Below, in pieces: positions 10,463-20,435 of a DNA stretch of 64,000 nucleotides; the first letter of the stretch is position 1, and every line of letters begins with the position of its first letter. Both the position numbers and the translations under genes were made by a program. The DNA lies in the NCBI GenBank assembly GCA_965197475.1, contig CBDANF010000003.1, positions 2,272,001 through 2,336,000 of the forward strand. Direction: 5' to 3'. Under the pieces are notes generated by a model. The model saw only the letters and a list, made by a program, of their open reading frames with translations. It was not told the origin of the DNA and searched no databases. This stretch comes from Candidatus Poribacteria bacterium. GTDB lineage: Bacteria; Poribacteria; WGA-4E; WGA-3G.

Positions 10463-10735
10463 CTAAAGGTATGCCTTATCAATCTTGTTCTTTTTGTCAT
10501 CAGGATTTGAGGGAAAATGCTGTGGAAGTTCAAAAGTTGGCTTTCCATCTTTCAGAGCATCGATCATGTCAAGAGCAAATTCCAACCTCTCATTGTCCGT
10601 GTCAAAAGGTTTCTGAATCACTACGCGAAAATTTGTATCAAGTTTTACAAGGGCGAGTTCTACAAAACTCTCTGTATGTAAGGCTAAAAGTGAAAAATCA
10701 ACAGGATCGGAAGGCGGCTTGAATATTACCCACAT
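10463..10735 (-). CDS. Hypothetical passenger protein (90 aa)
   Basis: AAGGAG RBS upstream of the ATG; lies inside the IS IRs. Confidence 0.6.
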   Translation of the reverse strand: MWVIFKPPSDPVDFSLLALHTESFVELALVKLDTNFRVVIQKPFDTDNERLEFALDMIDALKDGKPTFELPQHFPSNPDDKKNKIDKAYL

Positions 10736-10791
10736 GGGTTTAGTCTCCTTTGGGGTTAGAGGGGACAGAGTCCCCTCGTTGGTTGGAATTG

Positions 10792-11173
10792 CTAATACCC
10801 GTATGGAGAATCAGCAGCTGAAATTAAAATTATCCAAAGTCCCACCATAGTGCCAGTTCCAATAACACATCCTATTGTAGCATGTGTTATTTGGTCGTTT
10901 TTCACAAGTTTTTGATAAATGCTTGTGTAATAAGCAACATATTCTGGTGATTTTCCAAGCAATTTTTCTGGTAGTACCGTTGGTGTGACAACATACGCAA
11001 TTAACATACCGGTAACACCAAGTAGACAACCAACAGTTCCCCATATTTGAGTGTTTGCAAGTGTTGCATCACGTCGTGCATCAAATTTGCGCAGCATCAC
11101 TTGTTTGTTGTGCAAGTGTGAGATATGGCGTAGTGAATAACATCACAACCATTATAAACGACAAAGTTTTCAT
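10792..11173 (-). pseudogene. Secreted/membrane passenger protein, frameshifted near 11085
   Basis: Signal peptide MKTLSFIMVVMLFTTPYLTLA-QQ stops after 30 aa; continues in another frame as KFDARRDA...LLGKSPEYV..Y with two TM segments. Confidence 0.6.
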
Positions 11174-11243
11174 CAATGTTCCTTTTGTGAGGTAAAATGT
11201 GTATGTAGGGGATCAAAAGACCCCCTACATGTTTGCAAGCGGA

Positions 11244-11375
11244 TTATTTACACCGCTTGTGAGGTTTGACAGTTTCTTTCACCGTTGTGGCGGGACGGCG
11301 TTTGTCCGTGCCTTTGGGAAGGAACCGTCTGTCTTTGGCATCGCGTACACGCGTGCCAGTGGCTTTTTTAGCCAT
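11244..11375 (-). CDS. Small basic protein (43 aa), absent from ORF track
   Basis: GAGG RBS; MAKKATGTRVRDAKDRRFLPKGTDKRRPATTVKETVKPHKRCK*. Confidence 0.65.
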   Translation of the reverse strand: MAKKATGTRVRDAKDRRFLPKGTDKRRPATTVKETVKPHKRCK

Positions 11376-11398
11376 AGTATACCTCAACTACTCATTGC

Positions 11399-11740
11399 GA
11401 AAATAAATGGCAGCATATTGCCGTTTCTTTTCAGAGGGCAGAGTGGTGGACGGTATATCTTGATGGTGAGGTGTTAATTGATCATCCGCGACAAAATGGC
11501 AAATTATTTCCTGTTGAATCACCACTACTGCTGGGAACTGAAGAACCGCTTGATTTAAATCGTTATTATAATGGCGATATGGATGAATTCGCGATTTTTA
11601 ACCATGGGCTTTCTGAAAAAGAAATTAAAAAGATTCAGAGAGGTATTGAGGATATCTTGGCAGTTGAGCCTAATGCTAAATTGTCAACAACATGGGCAAA
11701 CCTGAAACAGAAATACAACATTCGTGGTGTGTCAAATTGA
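11399..11740 (+). pseudogene. 3' remnant of a LamG-like jelly-roll protein
   Basis: KWQHIAVSF...VYLDGE...NGDMDEFAIFNHGLSE and C-terminal AVEPNAKLSTTWANLK; 5' part lost at the IS right end. Confidence 0.75.
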
Positions 11741-11787
11741 CATTAGCAATCAAAAGTTTTATTGAGGCTAAAACTGCCAATTTGGCA
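11730..11787. promoter_or_regulatory. Pair of related 13-bp palindromes, candidate enhancer-binding-protein sites
   Basis: TGTCAAATTGACA (11730-11742) and TGCCAATTTGGCA (11775-11787). Confidence 0.45.
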
Positions 11788-11826
11788 CACTTACTGTGAA
11801 AACCACTTAATCTAAAGGATTAATGT

Positions 11827-11842
11827 TGGCATAAATATTGCG
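11827..11842 (+). promoter_or_regulatory. Sigma-54 (-24/-12) promoter
   Basis: TGGCATAAATATTGCG has GG-N10-GC spacing, ~50 nt upstream of the metallopeptidase start. Confidence 0.6.
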
Positions 11843-11893
11843 TTAATATTTTAGTTTAGCAATATCCTTTCAATCAAATGAGGAAATCTGACC

Positions 11894-13792
11894 ATGAAAA
11901 TCATACGTTTATTTGTAACAATAACTGTTTTCTTAACTATTTTGCTTCTAAGTTTCGCAGAGGAATCGGAACCGGAAAAGTATATAGTCAGAACTGTTTA
12001 CTTTCTCCCCAAAGGCCGTGAACCTCGGAAAGACATAGACGCGAAAATAGATAATATGCTAAAACGGGTGAATACGTTTTATGCGGACCAGATGGAAAAC
12101 TACGGGTACGATAGAAAAACGTTCCGGTATGAAGCCGATCCAGACGGTAAAGCTGTGGTACATCATATCGTAGGAAAAAAAGATGACGCACAATATCGAA
12201 AAAATCCTGCAAGTTCGTTTGGTGAATTTGCTAAAAAGATTCAAACACCGAATACTATATTATTAGTTTTCATAGATGTTAGTGGGGGCACAATAGGCGG
12301 CAATGCGTGTGGGGTGACTTATTCAGGCGGACGTATACTTATCCCCGCCTACGGTGGTTGTTTTAATTGGATAACCACTGCCCATGAACTCGGACACACC
12401 TTTCTGTTACAACATGATTTCCGAAACGGTAGTTATATCATGTCCTACGGTCCAGGTCCCCAAAACAAAATTTCTCAATGTGCTGCAGAGTGGTTAGATG
12501 TTCATCCTTACTTCAATCCTAATCGAATTAAGTCTAACAAACGCGGCCAGATTAAAATGCTTTCATCATCAATCGCGTATCCACCGAATGATGTCCATAC
12601 CTTTTTTGAGATAACAGACCCTGATGGACTCTATCATGTCCGATTTTTGCACGGGTATCTGACTATGCATAGTTGTAAGTCCTTAGAGGGCGAGAGAGAG
12701 ATCGTTAAATTCACTACGCCTGTCCAAACATTAGAGACTGACAGAGTAAATGTTCAGGTTGCTGATGTCAATGGACACATCACATGGGGAGGAGGGTTTT
12801 CGTTTAAGAATTTGGAGCCGACTCTGATATTAGACATTTCTGGTGGGGTCACAGATGTGCCAGATAAAAGCTACACTAGCATTCGCGGTCCTTGGCTTTG
12901 GATGATTGCGCCAACTAAACAAAATCAGGGCGGAAAGGATTCAACTCATATTGATTCTTTAGCAGTTGTCAGTGCCAATACGGTTAATGAAGAAACAGTA
13001 TCTAAACACGGTGCAAATGAAGGAGACACCGTCGGTAATTATGCGTGGACGATCGGTGAAATTCCTCCAAATGGAAATATCAACACGATGCTCGTCAATA
13101 TAGGAACGACAGAAAACACCGATCTTGACGATTTTACGTCTTATGCGTTCACTACACTTGTCTCGGAAACAGACCAACCCAATGTCCTGATGAGAGTTGG
13201 GAGTGACGATTCTATAAAAGTTTGGCTTAACGGTCAAGTCGTTTGGAGTAACGCAACAAACCGATCCTATAGGAAAAACGATGATGTTTTCCCTGTTAAC
13301 CTGAAAAAAGGTGATAATCTCTTGCTCGTGAAGGTTAGTGACCGGTCCGGCTCTTGGGGCATGCATGTTGGAGTGGATGCTCAGGTATTCCCTGTCTATA
13401 GAGTTCCAACAACTAATCCTGTTTACGGTGTTGCTTTAGGATGTGTGTGCAATGTGACACCTGAAATAATAAATGCAAGTGCAGATATTAAGTATATCGT
13501 TACACTCATGAACACTGGCAACACAAAAGACACAATATACTTAACGACATCAAGCAGTATCCCGTATCTACGTAGTAAGAAAGAACCTGATCAAGATAAT
13601 CTATTGACCGGTTCAACATTCAGTTCGGTGTCGGTATCGCTTGCTCCCGGTGCTTCTTCAAAAATGACATACTTGGTCCCAGCGTTTGTGCGTGAGACTG
13701 CTGGTGATTATGTCGTTTACATCACAGCCACTTCGAAGAGTGATAACACGAAAAAAGATCATATCACAGTCAATACTACTATTAAACCCTGA
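11894..13792 (+). CDS. Secreted metzincin-type Zn metallopeptidase with beta-sandwich (PA14-like) and Ig-like domains
   Basis: Signal peptide; HELGHTFLLQH, Met-turn YIMSY; GPWLWMIAP...GSDDSIKVWLNG domain; NTGN Ig/NEW3-like domain. Confidence 0.8.
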   Translation: MKIIRLFVTITVFLTILLLSFAEESEPEKYIVRTVYFLPKGREPRKDIDAKIDNMLKRVNTFYADQMENYGYDRKTFRYEADPDGKAVVHHIVGKKDDAQYRKNPASSFGEFAKKIQTPNTILLVFIDVSGGTIGGNACGVTYSGGRILIPAYGGCFNWITTAHELGHTFLLQHDFRNGSYIMSYGPGPQNKISQCAAEWLDVHPYFNPNRIKSNKRGQIKMLSSSIAYPPNDVHTFFEITDPDGLYHVRFLHGYLTMHSCKSLEGEREIVKFTTPVQTLETDRVNVQVADVNGHITWGGGFSFKNLEPTLILDISGGVTDVPDKSYTSIRGPWLWMIAPTKQNQGGKDSTHIDSLAVVSANTVNEETVSKHGANEGDTVGNYAWTIGEIPPNGNINTMLVNIGTTENTDLDDFTSYAFTTLVSETDQPNVLMRVGSDDSIKVWLNGQVVWSNATNRSYRKNDDVFPVNLKKGDNLLLVKVSDRSGSWGMHVGVDAQVFPVYRVPTTNPVYGVALGCVCNVTPEIINASADIKYIVTLMNTGNTKDTIYLTTSSSIPYLRSKKEPDQDNLLTGSTFSSVSVSLAPGASSKMTYLVPAFVRETAGDYVVYITATSKSDNTKKDHITVNTTIKP

Positions 13793-16746
13793 CCTCTACA
13801 GAAGACAGGGTTATTTAGTTTTAAAAATTATCAGTTGATGAGTGTTACTGATAGTTTATTTCGTCCGTCGGGTAGAGCGGTATTGAAACCCACAAGAACT
13901 AAACGTGTCTAAATCAACGTTTAAAGGAGAACATAATGAAATACATACAATTTTTGGCGATCTTCTCTATACTGATAACTTGTTTACAACATAGTTTCGC
14001 GCAAGAAAATAAACCGAAAGCAAACTACGTAAAGGCACTATACTTTAGACCTAATGATCGTTCAGCAAAAAAGAACATAGACGATGATATTGACAAACTA
14101 ATGAAACACGCTCAAAAGTTCTATGCCGATAATATGGAAAAACACGGCTTCGGCAAAAAAACATTTGAACTTGAAACTGATAAAAACGGTAAAACAATCG
14201 TGCATCACATAATAGGCGACAATAACTACGAATTCTACAAAAAAGACGAACCTAAAATATCAAGATTTTTTGATAAAATAAAGCACACAGACCATATCCA
14301 AGTAGCATTCATAGATGTACCAGGAATTGGATTATGTGGAATAGCATTCGGACTACGCGCATTTGTCAACGCCAACGGTTACTGTTTTAACTGGAACGCA
14401 GTAGCACACGAACTTGGACACACCTTCGGATTACCTCACGATTGGCGCAGCGGTAGGTATATCATGTCTTACGGCCCAGGTCCCCAAGACAAAATATCTG
14501 AAGCGGCAGCTCTATGGTTGGATGTTCATCCATATTTCAATAAGCACAGAGTTGATGCTGAAGACCGCACCTCTACGTCACCTCCACAGATTAAGGATCT
14601 ACCGGTTATTGCGTATCCACCGGATGTTTACCACGCCTATTTTGAGGTGACTGATGATGGACTCCATCACGCTCAGCTGCAGTCTCTACCGTCCTGGAGA
14701 AAAAATGAGTTGTCAATGCATGGATCTCAAACCTTGCAAGGAGAGAGAGATTTCGTTGAATACATTTCTGCGGGGAAAGGTGCTAGACTTACTGTTATGG
14801 ATGTTTATGGGAACAGTAATTCAAAGTGGATTTCGTTCAAAGATGTAAAGCCGAGTCTGATATTAGACATTTCTGGTCAGGTCACAGATGTACCTGATCG
14901 ACTCTATAGTAACATTCGTGGTCCATGGCTCTGGATGATTGCGCCGACTAAACAAGATCAAGGTGGAAAGGATTCAACTCATATTGATTCTTTAGCAGTT
15001 GTCAGTGCCAATACGGTTAATGAAGAAACAGTATCTAAATACGGTGCAAATGTAGGAGACACCGTCGGAGAATATACGTGGGCACTCGGTGAAATTCCTG
15101 CAAATGGAAATGTCAACACGATGCTCGTGAATATAGATATGACAGAAAACACCGATCTTGACGATGTTACGTCTTATGCGCTCACTACACTTGTGTCAGA
15201 AACGGATAAACCCAATGTAATGATGAGAGTTGGGAGTGACGATTCTATAAAAGCTTGGCTTAACGGTGAAGTCGTTTGGAGTAACGCAACAAACCGATCC
15301 TATAGAAAAAACGATGATGTTTTCCAAGTTAACCTGAAAAAAGGCGATAATCTCTTGCTTGTGAAGGTTAGCGAGCGGCGCGGCACATGGGGCATGCATG
15401 TTGGAGTAGATGCTGAGGTATTCCCTGTCTATAGAGTTCCAACGACTACTCCTGTTTATGGTGTTGCTATAGGAGGTGTGTGCAATTTGACACCTGAAAT
15501 ATGCAATGCAAGTGCAGATATTGAGTATATCCTTACAGTGATGAACACTGGCAATACAAAAGACACAATAAAATTGGCAACATCAGGCAATACCACTTAT
15601 CTACGTAGTAAGAAGGAATTTGGTGACAACGATGTATTGACTGATACGACATTGAGTCCAGTATCTGTATCGCTTGCTCCCGGTGCTTCTTCAAAAGTGG
15701 CATTGGTGGTTCCGGGGTTTGTGCGTGCTACTGCTGGCGATTATGAGGTCAAAGTCACAGCTGCTTCAAAAAGCGATAGCACAAAAACCGCTCAAATTAA
15801 AACTACTGCTACCATTAAGCCTTTTCACGGTGTCGTTTTAGCAGGTGTGGACGACTTGACTACTAAGACGATTGATGTGAATATAGATGTTAAGTACGCC
15901 CTTACAGTGACAAACACTGGCAATATTAACGATACAATAAAATTGGCAACATCAGGCAAGGTAACCTCAACACTAAGTCAGAAATCTGTATCGCTTGCTC
16001 CTGGTGCTTCTTCAAAAATAACATTGACGATTTCGGGTACAGCACTTGCTACTACTGGTGATTATACGACTAATGTTATAGCCACTTCAGAAGGTGATGA
16101 CACGAAGACAGATCAAATCAAAACCATCACCAATGTTCATTCAGATACTGTCCCTGATGCAGAAAATATTGTGGATCCTCCAGTGATGCCGATTTATAAA
16201 GTCTATAATAGCATTCGTGGTCCGTGGCTCTGGATGATTGCGCCAACTAAACAAAATCAAGGTGGAAAGGATTCAACGCATATTGATTCTTTGGCAGTTG
16301 TCAGTGCCAATACGGTTAATGAAGAAACAACATCTAAATACGGTGCAAATGAAGGAGACACCGTCGGAGATTATGCGTGGACGCTCGGTGAAATTCCTCC
16401 AAATGGAAATATAAACACGATGCTCGTCAATATAGGGACGACAGAAAACACCGATCTTGACAATTTTACGTCTTATGCGCTCATTACACTTGTGTCGGAA
16501 ACGGATCAACCCAATGTAATGATGAGAGTTGCAAGTGACGATTCTATAAAAGTTTGGCTTAACGGTGAAGTCGTTTGGAGTAACGCAACAAACCGTGGCC
16601 ATAACGACACCGTAGATATTTTTCCGGTTAACTTAAAAAAAGGTGATAATCTCTTGCTTGTAAAGGTTAGCGAACGGCAAGGAATATGGGGCATGCATGT
16701 TGGAGTGGATACTGAGATATTCCCTGTCTATAGAGTTCCACCGACT
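12878..16746 (+). repeat. Three highly similar ~540-bp domain-coding repeats (about 12878-13414, 14911-15447, 16210-16746)
   Basis: Long shared tracts such as gcagttgtcagtgccaatacggttaatgaagaaaca in all three copies. Confidence 0.9.
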
Positions 16747-17076
16747 ACTCCTGTTTATGGTGTTGCTATAGGAGGTGTGAGCAATTTAACAACTGAAGCA
16801 ACGGATGCAAGGACAGGTATCAAGTATATTTTTAAAGTCACAAATACCGGCAATACAAAAGATACGATAAAATTAGCAACGGCAGGTAATGTCACTGCAA
16901 TGTTAAGTCAACCCTCAGTATGGCTTGCGCCTGGTGTTTCTTCAAAAGTGACGTTGACGATTCCGGCTACTGCACTTGCCGCTGTCGGTGATTATGAGGT
17001 CAAAGTCGCAGCCACTTCGGAAAGTGATAGCGCGAAAACAGACCAAATTACAACCAAAACCACTATTAAACCCTGA
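13936..17076 (+). CDS. Paralogous secreted metzincin with two beta-sandwich and three Ig-like domains
   Basis: Signal peptide; HELGHTFGLPH, YIMSY; duplicated GPWLWMIAP domain; three NTGN domains. Confidence 0.8.
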   Translation: MKYIQFLAIFSILITCLQHSFAQENKPKANYVKALYFRPNDRSAKKNIDDDIDKLMKHAQKFYADNMEKHGFGKKTFELETDKNGKTIVHHIIGDNNYEFYKKDEPKISRFFDKIKHTDHIQVAFIDVPGIGLCGIAFGLRAFVNANGYCFNWNAVAHELGHTFGLPHDWRSGRYIMSYGPGPQDKISEAAALWLDVHPYFNKHRVDAEDRTSTSPPQIKDLPVIAYPPDVYHAYFEVTDDGLHHAQLQSLPSWRKNELSMHGSQTLQGERDFVEYISAGKGARLTVMDVYGNSNSKWISFKDVKPSLILDISGQVTDVPDRLYSNIRGPWLWMIAPTKQDQGGKDSTHIDSLAVVSANTVNEETVSKYGANVGDTVGEYTWALGEIPANGNVNTMLVNIDMTENTDLDDVTSYALTTLVSETDKPNVMMRVGSDDSIKAWLNGEVVWSNATNRSYRKNDDVFQVNLKKGDNLLLVKVSERRGTWGMHVGVDAEVFPVYRVPTTTPVYGVAIGGVCNLTPEICNASADIEYILTVMNTGNTKDTIKLATSGNTTYLRSKKEFGDNDVLTDTTLSPVSVSLAPGASSKVALVVPGFVRATAGDYEVKVTAASKSDSTKTAQIKTTATIKPFHGVVLAGVDDLTTKTIDVNIDVKYALTVTNTGNINDTIKLATSGKVTSTLSQKSVSLAPGASSKITLTISGTALATTGDYTTNVIATSEGDDTKTDQIKTITNVHSDTVPDAENIVDPPVMPIYKVYNSIRGPWLWMIAPTKQNQGGKDSTHIDSLAVVSANTVNEETTSKYGANEGDTVGDYAWTLGEIPPNGNINTMLVNIGTTENTDLDNFTSYALITLVSETDQPNVMMRVASDDSIKVWLNGEVVWSNATNRGHNDTVDIFPVNLKKGDNLLLVKVSERQGIWGMHVGVDTEIFPVYRVPPTTPVYGVAIGGVSNLTTEATDARTGIKYIFKVTNTGNTKDTIKLATAGNVTAMLSQPSVWLAPGVSSKVTLTIPATALAAVGDYEVKVAATSESDSAKTDQITTKTTIKP

Positions 17077-17437
17077 CCGCAGCAAGGCGATAGCACGAAA
17101 ACCGTGCAAATTACAACTACAATACCAGAAAACTTCTACTATGGCACCTCAATGCTGATTGACATTGGAGATTTTAAATTGGCTGGTTGCCTCACATTCT
17201 GGCGAACACAGGCGGATGGTGGGCAACTGGTCAGTAATAAAGAGGTCTGTCTGTGATAAAACAAGCTAAACTTATTGATAAATGTATTCTGTACCTAATT
17301 GTGTTTACTTATGAAGTGAATTATCATCTTTTAATCTACGCAAACAGGAAAGGACAAACGAATTTTCTGTTCGGACACACTAAATATTTACGTTAAACTT
17401 ACGTTAGAATTAAACGATTTATAAATTGGAGATAAAA

Positions 17438-19363
17438 ATGAGCAAAGTAATTGGAATTGATTTAGGAACAACAAATTCTTGTGTAGCTGTTTTAGAGAGC
17501 GGCGATGCGAAGGTGATCGAAAACGCGGAGGGGAATCGGACGACTCCCTCGATTGTCGGTTTCACCAAAGAGGGAGAACGTCCCGTCGGGCAGGTAGCCA
17601 AAAGGCAAGCCATCACAAACCCTGAAAATACAATTTTTTCCATTAAACGGTTCATGGGACGAAAATATAACGAACTCGGAGACGATGCTTCCCGCGTGCC
17701 TTATGAATTAAAAAGCGATAAAGATGGTGACGTTGCTGTAAACATTGATGGCAAAGAATACTCGCCCCCCGAAATCTCAGCAATGGTTTTGCGGAAAATG
17801 AAGGGAACCGCCGAAGCGTATCTCGGGGAAGATGTCACACAAGCCGTTGTCACCGTGCCTGCCTATTTCAATGATTCTCAACGCCAAGCCACAGCAGATG
17901 CTGGCAAAATCGCGGGTTTAGAGGTTTTACGGATTATCAATGAACCGACTGCCGCATCGCTCGCTTACGGATTGCAAAATGAAGGCGACAAGAAGATCGC
18001 TGTTTACGACCTTGGTGGTGGTACGTTTGACATCTCTATTCTGGAAATCGGTGATGGTGTCTTTGAAGTAAAAAGCACAAACGGTGACACGCACCTCGGT
18101 GGTGATGATTTTGACCAAGCAGTTATCGATTGGATGGCACAGGAATTTCTTAGTAGTCAAGGCATTGACCTGCGAAATGATCAGATGGCACTGCAACGCC
18201 TGAAGGAGGCAGCAGAAACGGCAAAATGTGAGCTTTCCAGCACGTTACAGACTGATATTAACCTGCCATTTATCACTGTTGATCAAAGCGGTCCAAAACA
18301 CCTTAATCTAACACTCACCCGCGCAAAATTAGAACAAATAACAGATGATTTGGTAGAACGTTCCCTTGAACCGTGCCGACAAGCACTCAATGACGCTGAG
18401 ATGCAACCTGCCGATATTGATGAAGTTATACTCGTTGGTGGACAGACGCGGATGCCAAAAGTGCAGGAAGCCGTGCAGCAACTCTTTGAAAAGGAACCGC
18501 ACAAAGGTGTTAATCCTGACGAAGTAGTCGCAGTTGGTGCAGCGATTCAGGGTGGTGTGCTTGCTGGTGATGAGGAAGTCAAAGACATTCTGCTTTTAGA
18601 TGTGACACCGCTCTCACTCGGTATTGAGACGCTCGGTGGAATGTTCACGCGGTTAATCGAAAAAAACACCACGATTCCAACAAAAAAATCCGAGAAATTT
18701 ACAACAGCCGAAGACAGTCAAACCGCAGTTGATGTACATGTCCTGCAAGGTGAACGGGAGCAGGCAGTTTACAACAAAACGATCGGTCGGTTCCGACTTG
18801 GCGATATTCCGCCAGCACCCAGAGGCATCCCACAGATTGAGGTTACGTTTGATATTGATGCAAACGGTATTCTCAACGTGTCTGCCAAGGATACGGCAAC
18901 GGGCAAAGAGCAGAAGATTACAATCACTGCCTCCTCCGGTCTCAGCGATGCGGAAATTGAACAGATGGTGAAAGATGCGGAAGCACACGCTGAAGAGGAT
19001 AAACAGAAGCGGGAAGAAGTTGAGACACGCAATCGTGCGGATTCTCTGGTTTATGAGACAGAGAAAAACCTGAAGGAATTCGGTGACAAGGTGGACGATG
19101 CGACTAAGGAAAAGGTTAACGCTGGTGTTGAACGTGTCAAGCAGGCACTGGAAGCGAACAATAATGCCGAGATTAAATCTGCAACCGATGACCTGATGCA
19201 GATATGGCATGAGGTTTCAGCGAAACTTTACCAACAGGCTGCAGATGCTGACCCGGGTGCTGCACCTGAAGACACTCCTTCTGAAGATGCTGCGGATGGC
19301 GATGATGTCGTTGACGCTGAATACGAAGTTGTTGATGAGGATGAGGATAAGGATAAAAAGTAG
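17438..19363 (+). CDS. dnaK: Chaperone DnaK (Hsp70)
   Basis: [33 protein letters not shown]; GGAG RBS before ATG 17438. Confidence 0.99.
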   Translation: MSKVIGIDLGTTNSCVAVLESGDAKVIENAEGNRTTPSIVGFTKEGERPVGQVAKRQAITNPENTIFSIKRFMGRKYNELGDDASRVPYELKSDKDGDVAVNIDGKEYSPPEISAMVLRKMKGTAEAYLGEDVTQAVVTVPAYFNDSQRQATADAGKIAGLEVLRIINEPTAASLAYGLQNEGDKKIAVYDLGGGTFDISILEIGDGVFEVKSTNGDTHLGGDDFDQAVIDWMAQEFLSSQGIDLRNDQMALQRLKEAAETAKCELSSTLQTDINLPFITVDQSGPKHLNLTLTRAKLEQITDDLVERSLEPCRQALNDAEMQPADIDEVILVGGQTRMPKVQEAVQQLFEKEPHKGVNPDEVVAVGAAIQGGVLAGDEEVKDILLLDVTPLSLGIETLGGMFTRLIEKNTTIPTKKSEKFTTAEDSQTAVDVHVLQGEREQAVYNKTIGRFRLGDIPPAPRGIPQIEVTFDIDANGILNVSAKDTATGKEQKITITASSGLSDAEIEQMVKDAEAHAEEDKQKREEVETRNRADSLVYETEKNLKEFGDKVDDATKEKVNAGVERVKQALEANNNAEIKSATDDLMQIWHEVSAKLYQQAADADPGAAPEDTPSEDAADGDDVVDAEYEVVDEDEDKDKK

Positions 19364-19404
19364 CAGTCCCAACTAACCCCTATTCTATCCAAGAGGTGTT
19401 ATTG

Positions 19405-20010
19405 ATGCCTTATAGCGAGTTTACCTTAGAATTGGTAATTCCGACGTTTCAACTGGAAAAGATTGACACCGTAGGTCTGTTTTCTGACGTAGAGACGGTG
19501 CCCCCCAGTGCATATCTCACAACAGGGTTGGAGAGAAAGGCATCATTAGCTACCGCTATCGGCACAGAGAAAGCACGGTCGGAACTGATTGTCGCTGATG
19601 TACTGGTTGAACTCCGCGAGCATTGTGAAAAACGCATCAGTTTCTTCTCTGGAATTGACTTCAATGTGGATGTAGAATCGGGATTAACAGGTGTGTGTGA
19701 TTTTTTAGTAAGTCTATCACCAAACCAATTTTACTTGGAAGCACCTGTCGTCATCCTTGTTGAAGCAAAAAATCTTGACTTGAAACTGGGACTTGGACAG
19801 TGTATCGCGGAGATGATCGCCGCCCAACGCTTTAATGCCGAGCAAGGAAATGACATCCCTATTGTTTATGGTGCTAGTACAACAGGGGTTGAGTGGTTAT
19901 TCCTCAAGTTGCAAGGAAAGTGTCTACATATTGATATGGGAACATATACAATTGAACGGTGTGACAGAATCCTCGGCATCCTCTCCAGCATGGTATCACA
20001 AAAGGCGTGA
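19405..20010 (+). CDS. PD-(D/E)xK restriction-endonuclease-like protein
   Basis: EKARSE, GVCDF, LVEAK, GLGQCIAEMIAAQRFN, YG..TTG..W. Confidence 0.7.
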   Translation: MPYSEFTLELVIPTFQLEKIDTVGLFSDVETVPPSAYLTTGLERKASLATAIGTEKARSELIVADVLVELREHCEKRISFFSGIDFNVDVESGLTGVCDFLVSLSPNQFYLEAPVVILVEAKNLDLKLGLGQCIAEMIAAQRFNAEQGNDIPIVYGASTTGVEWLFLKLQGKCLHIDMGTYTIERCDRILGILSSMVSQKA

Positions 20011-20099
20011 TATAACGTTTGACAGTGTCTTCAATATCATAGAAATAATGTTTTGTTCACAAACCCACAACGCACAAATAATTACAAAGGAGAATAATA

Positions 20100-20392
20100 A
20101 TGGCTACTAAACATGACAAAACCGCCCAAAGTATTGCTGACCAGAAAGGTGCCGATTATAACAAGGGACCAGGTCCAGATATAAAGACACCTCGTCAAAC
20201 CATTGAAGTAGAAACGGGTAACACTATTGGTGACGCTGGTCGTCAACTTCAGGGCACAGAGGCCCTGTCTATGTCGCAGTAACAGATGACAAGGACATTC
20301 CTAAAGCTGTGGAGCGATACGATGGCACATCCATTGGTGTTATGGATTCTGCAGGCGAGGTTATAAAACCGTCATCACGTAAAAGGTCATAG
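20100..20392 (+). pseudogene. Small PD-(D/E)xK-like protein (~97 aa), frameshifted near 20255
   Basis: AAGGAG RBS; GPDI..IEVET..RQLQG; adding 1 nt continues as RGPVYVAV...IGVMDSAGEVIKPSSRKRS*. Confidence 0.55.
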
Positions 20393-20435
20393 TAATTTTG
20401 ACAACAAGGGGTTGCATGCAAGTGTAGTTTTGATT

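Larger units (their letters stand above)
9341..11402 (+). mobile_element. IS1595-family element with passenger genes; right end clipped
   Basis: Perfect 17-bp IR TTTCGCAATGAGTAGTT at 9350-9366, inverted at 11386-11402; encloses the transposase and three minus-strand genes. Confidence 0.8.

Noticed and set aside
10450-11477. Plus-strand ORFs 10450..10722 and 11199..11477
   Set aside because: Shadows of minus-strand genes that have clear RBSs
12878-16746. Repeats as a DGR template/variable pair
   Set aside because: All copies are in-frame coding domains, differences are not evidently adenine-restricted, and there is no reverse transcriptase in the window
17260-17437. CIRCE or other heat-shock operator upstream of dnaK
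   Set aside because: No TTAGCACTC-N9-GAGTGCTAA match found; grpE, dnaJ and hrcA are not adjacent
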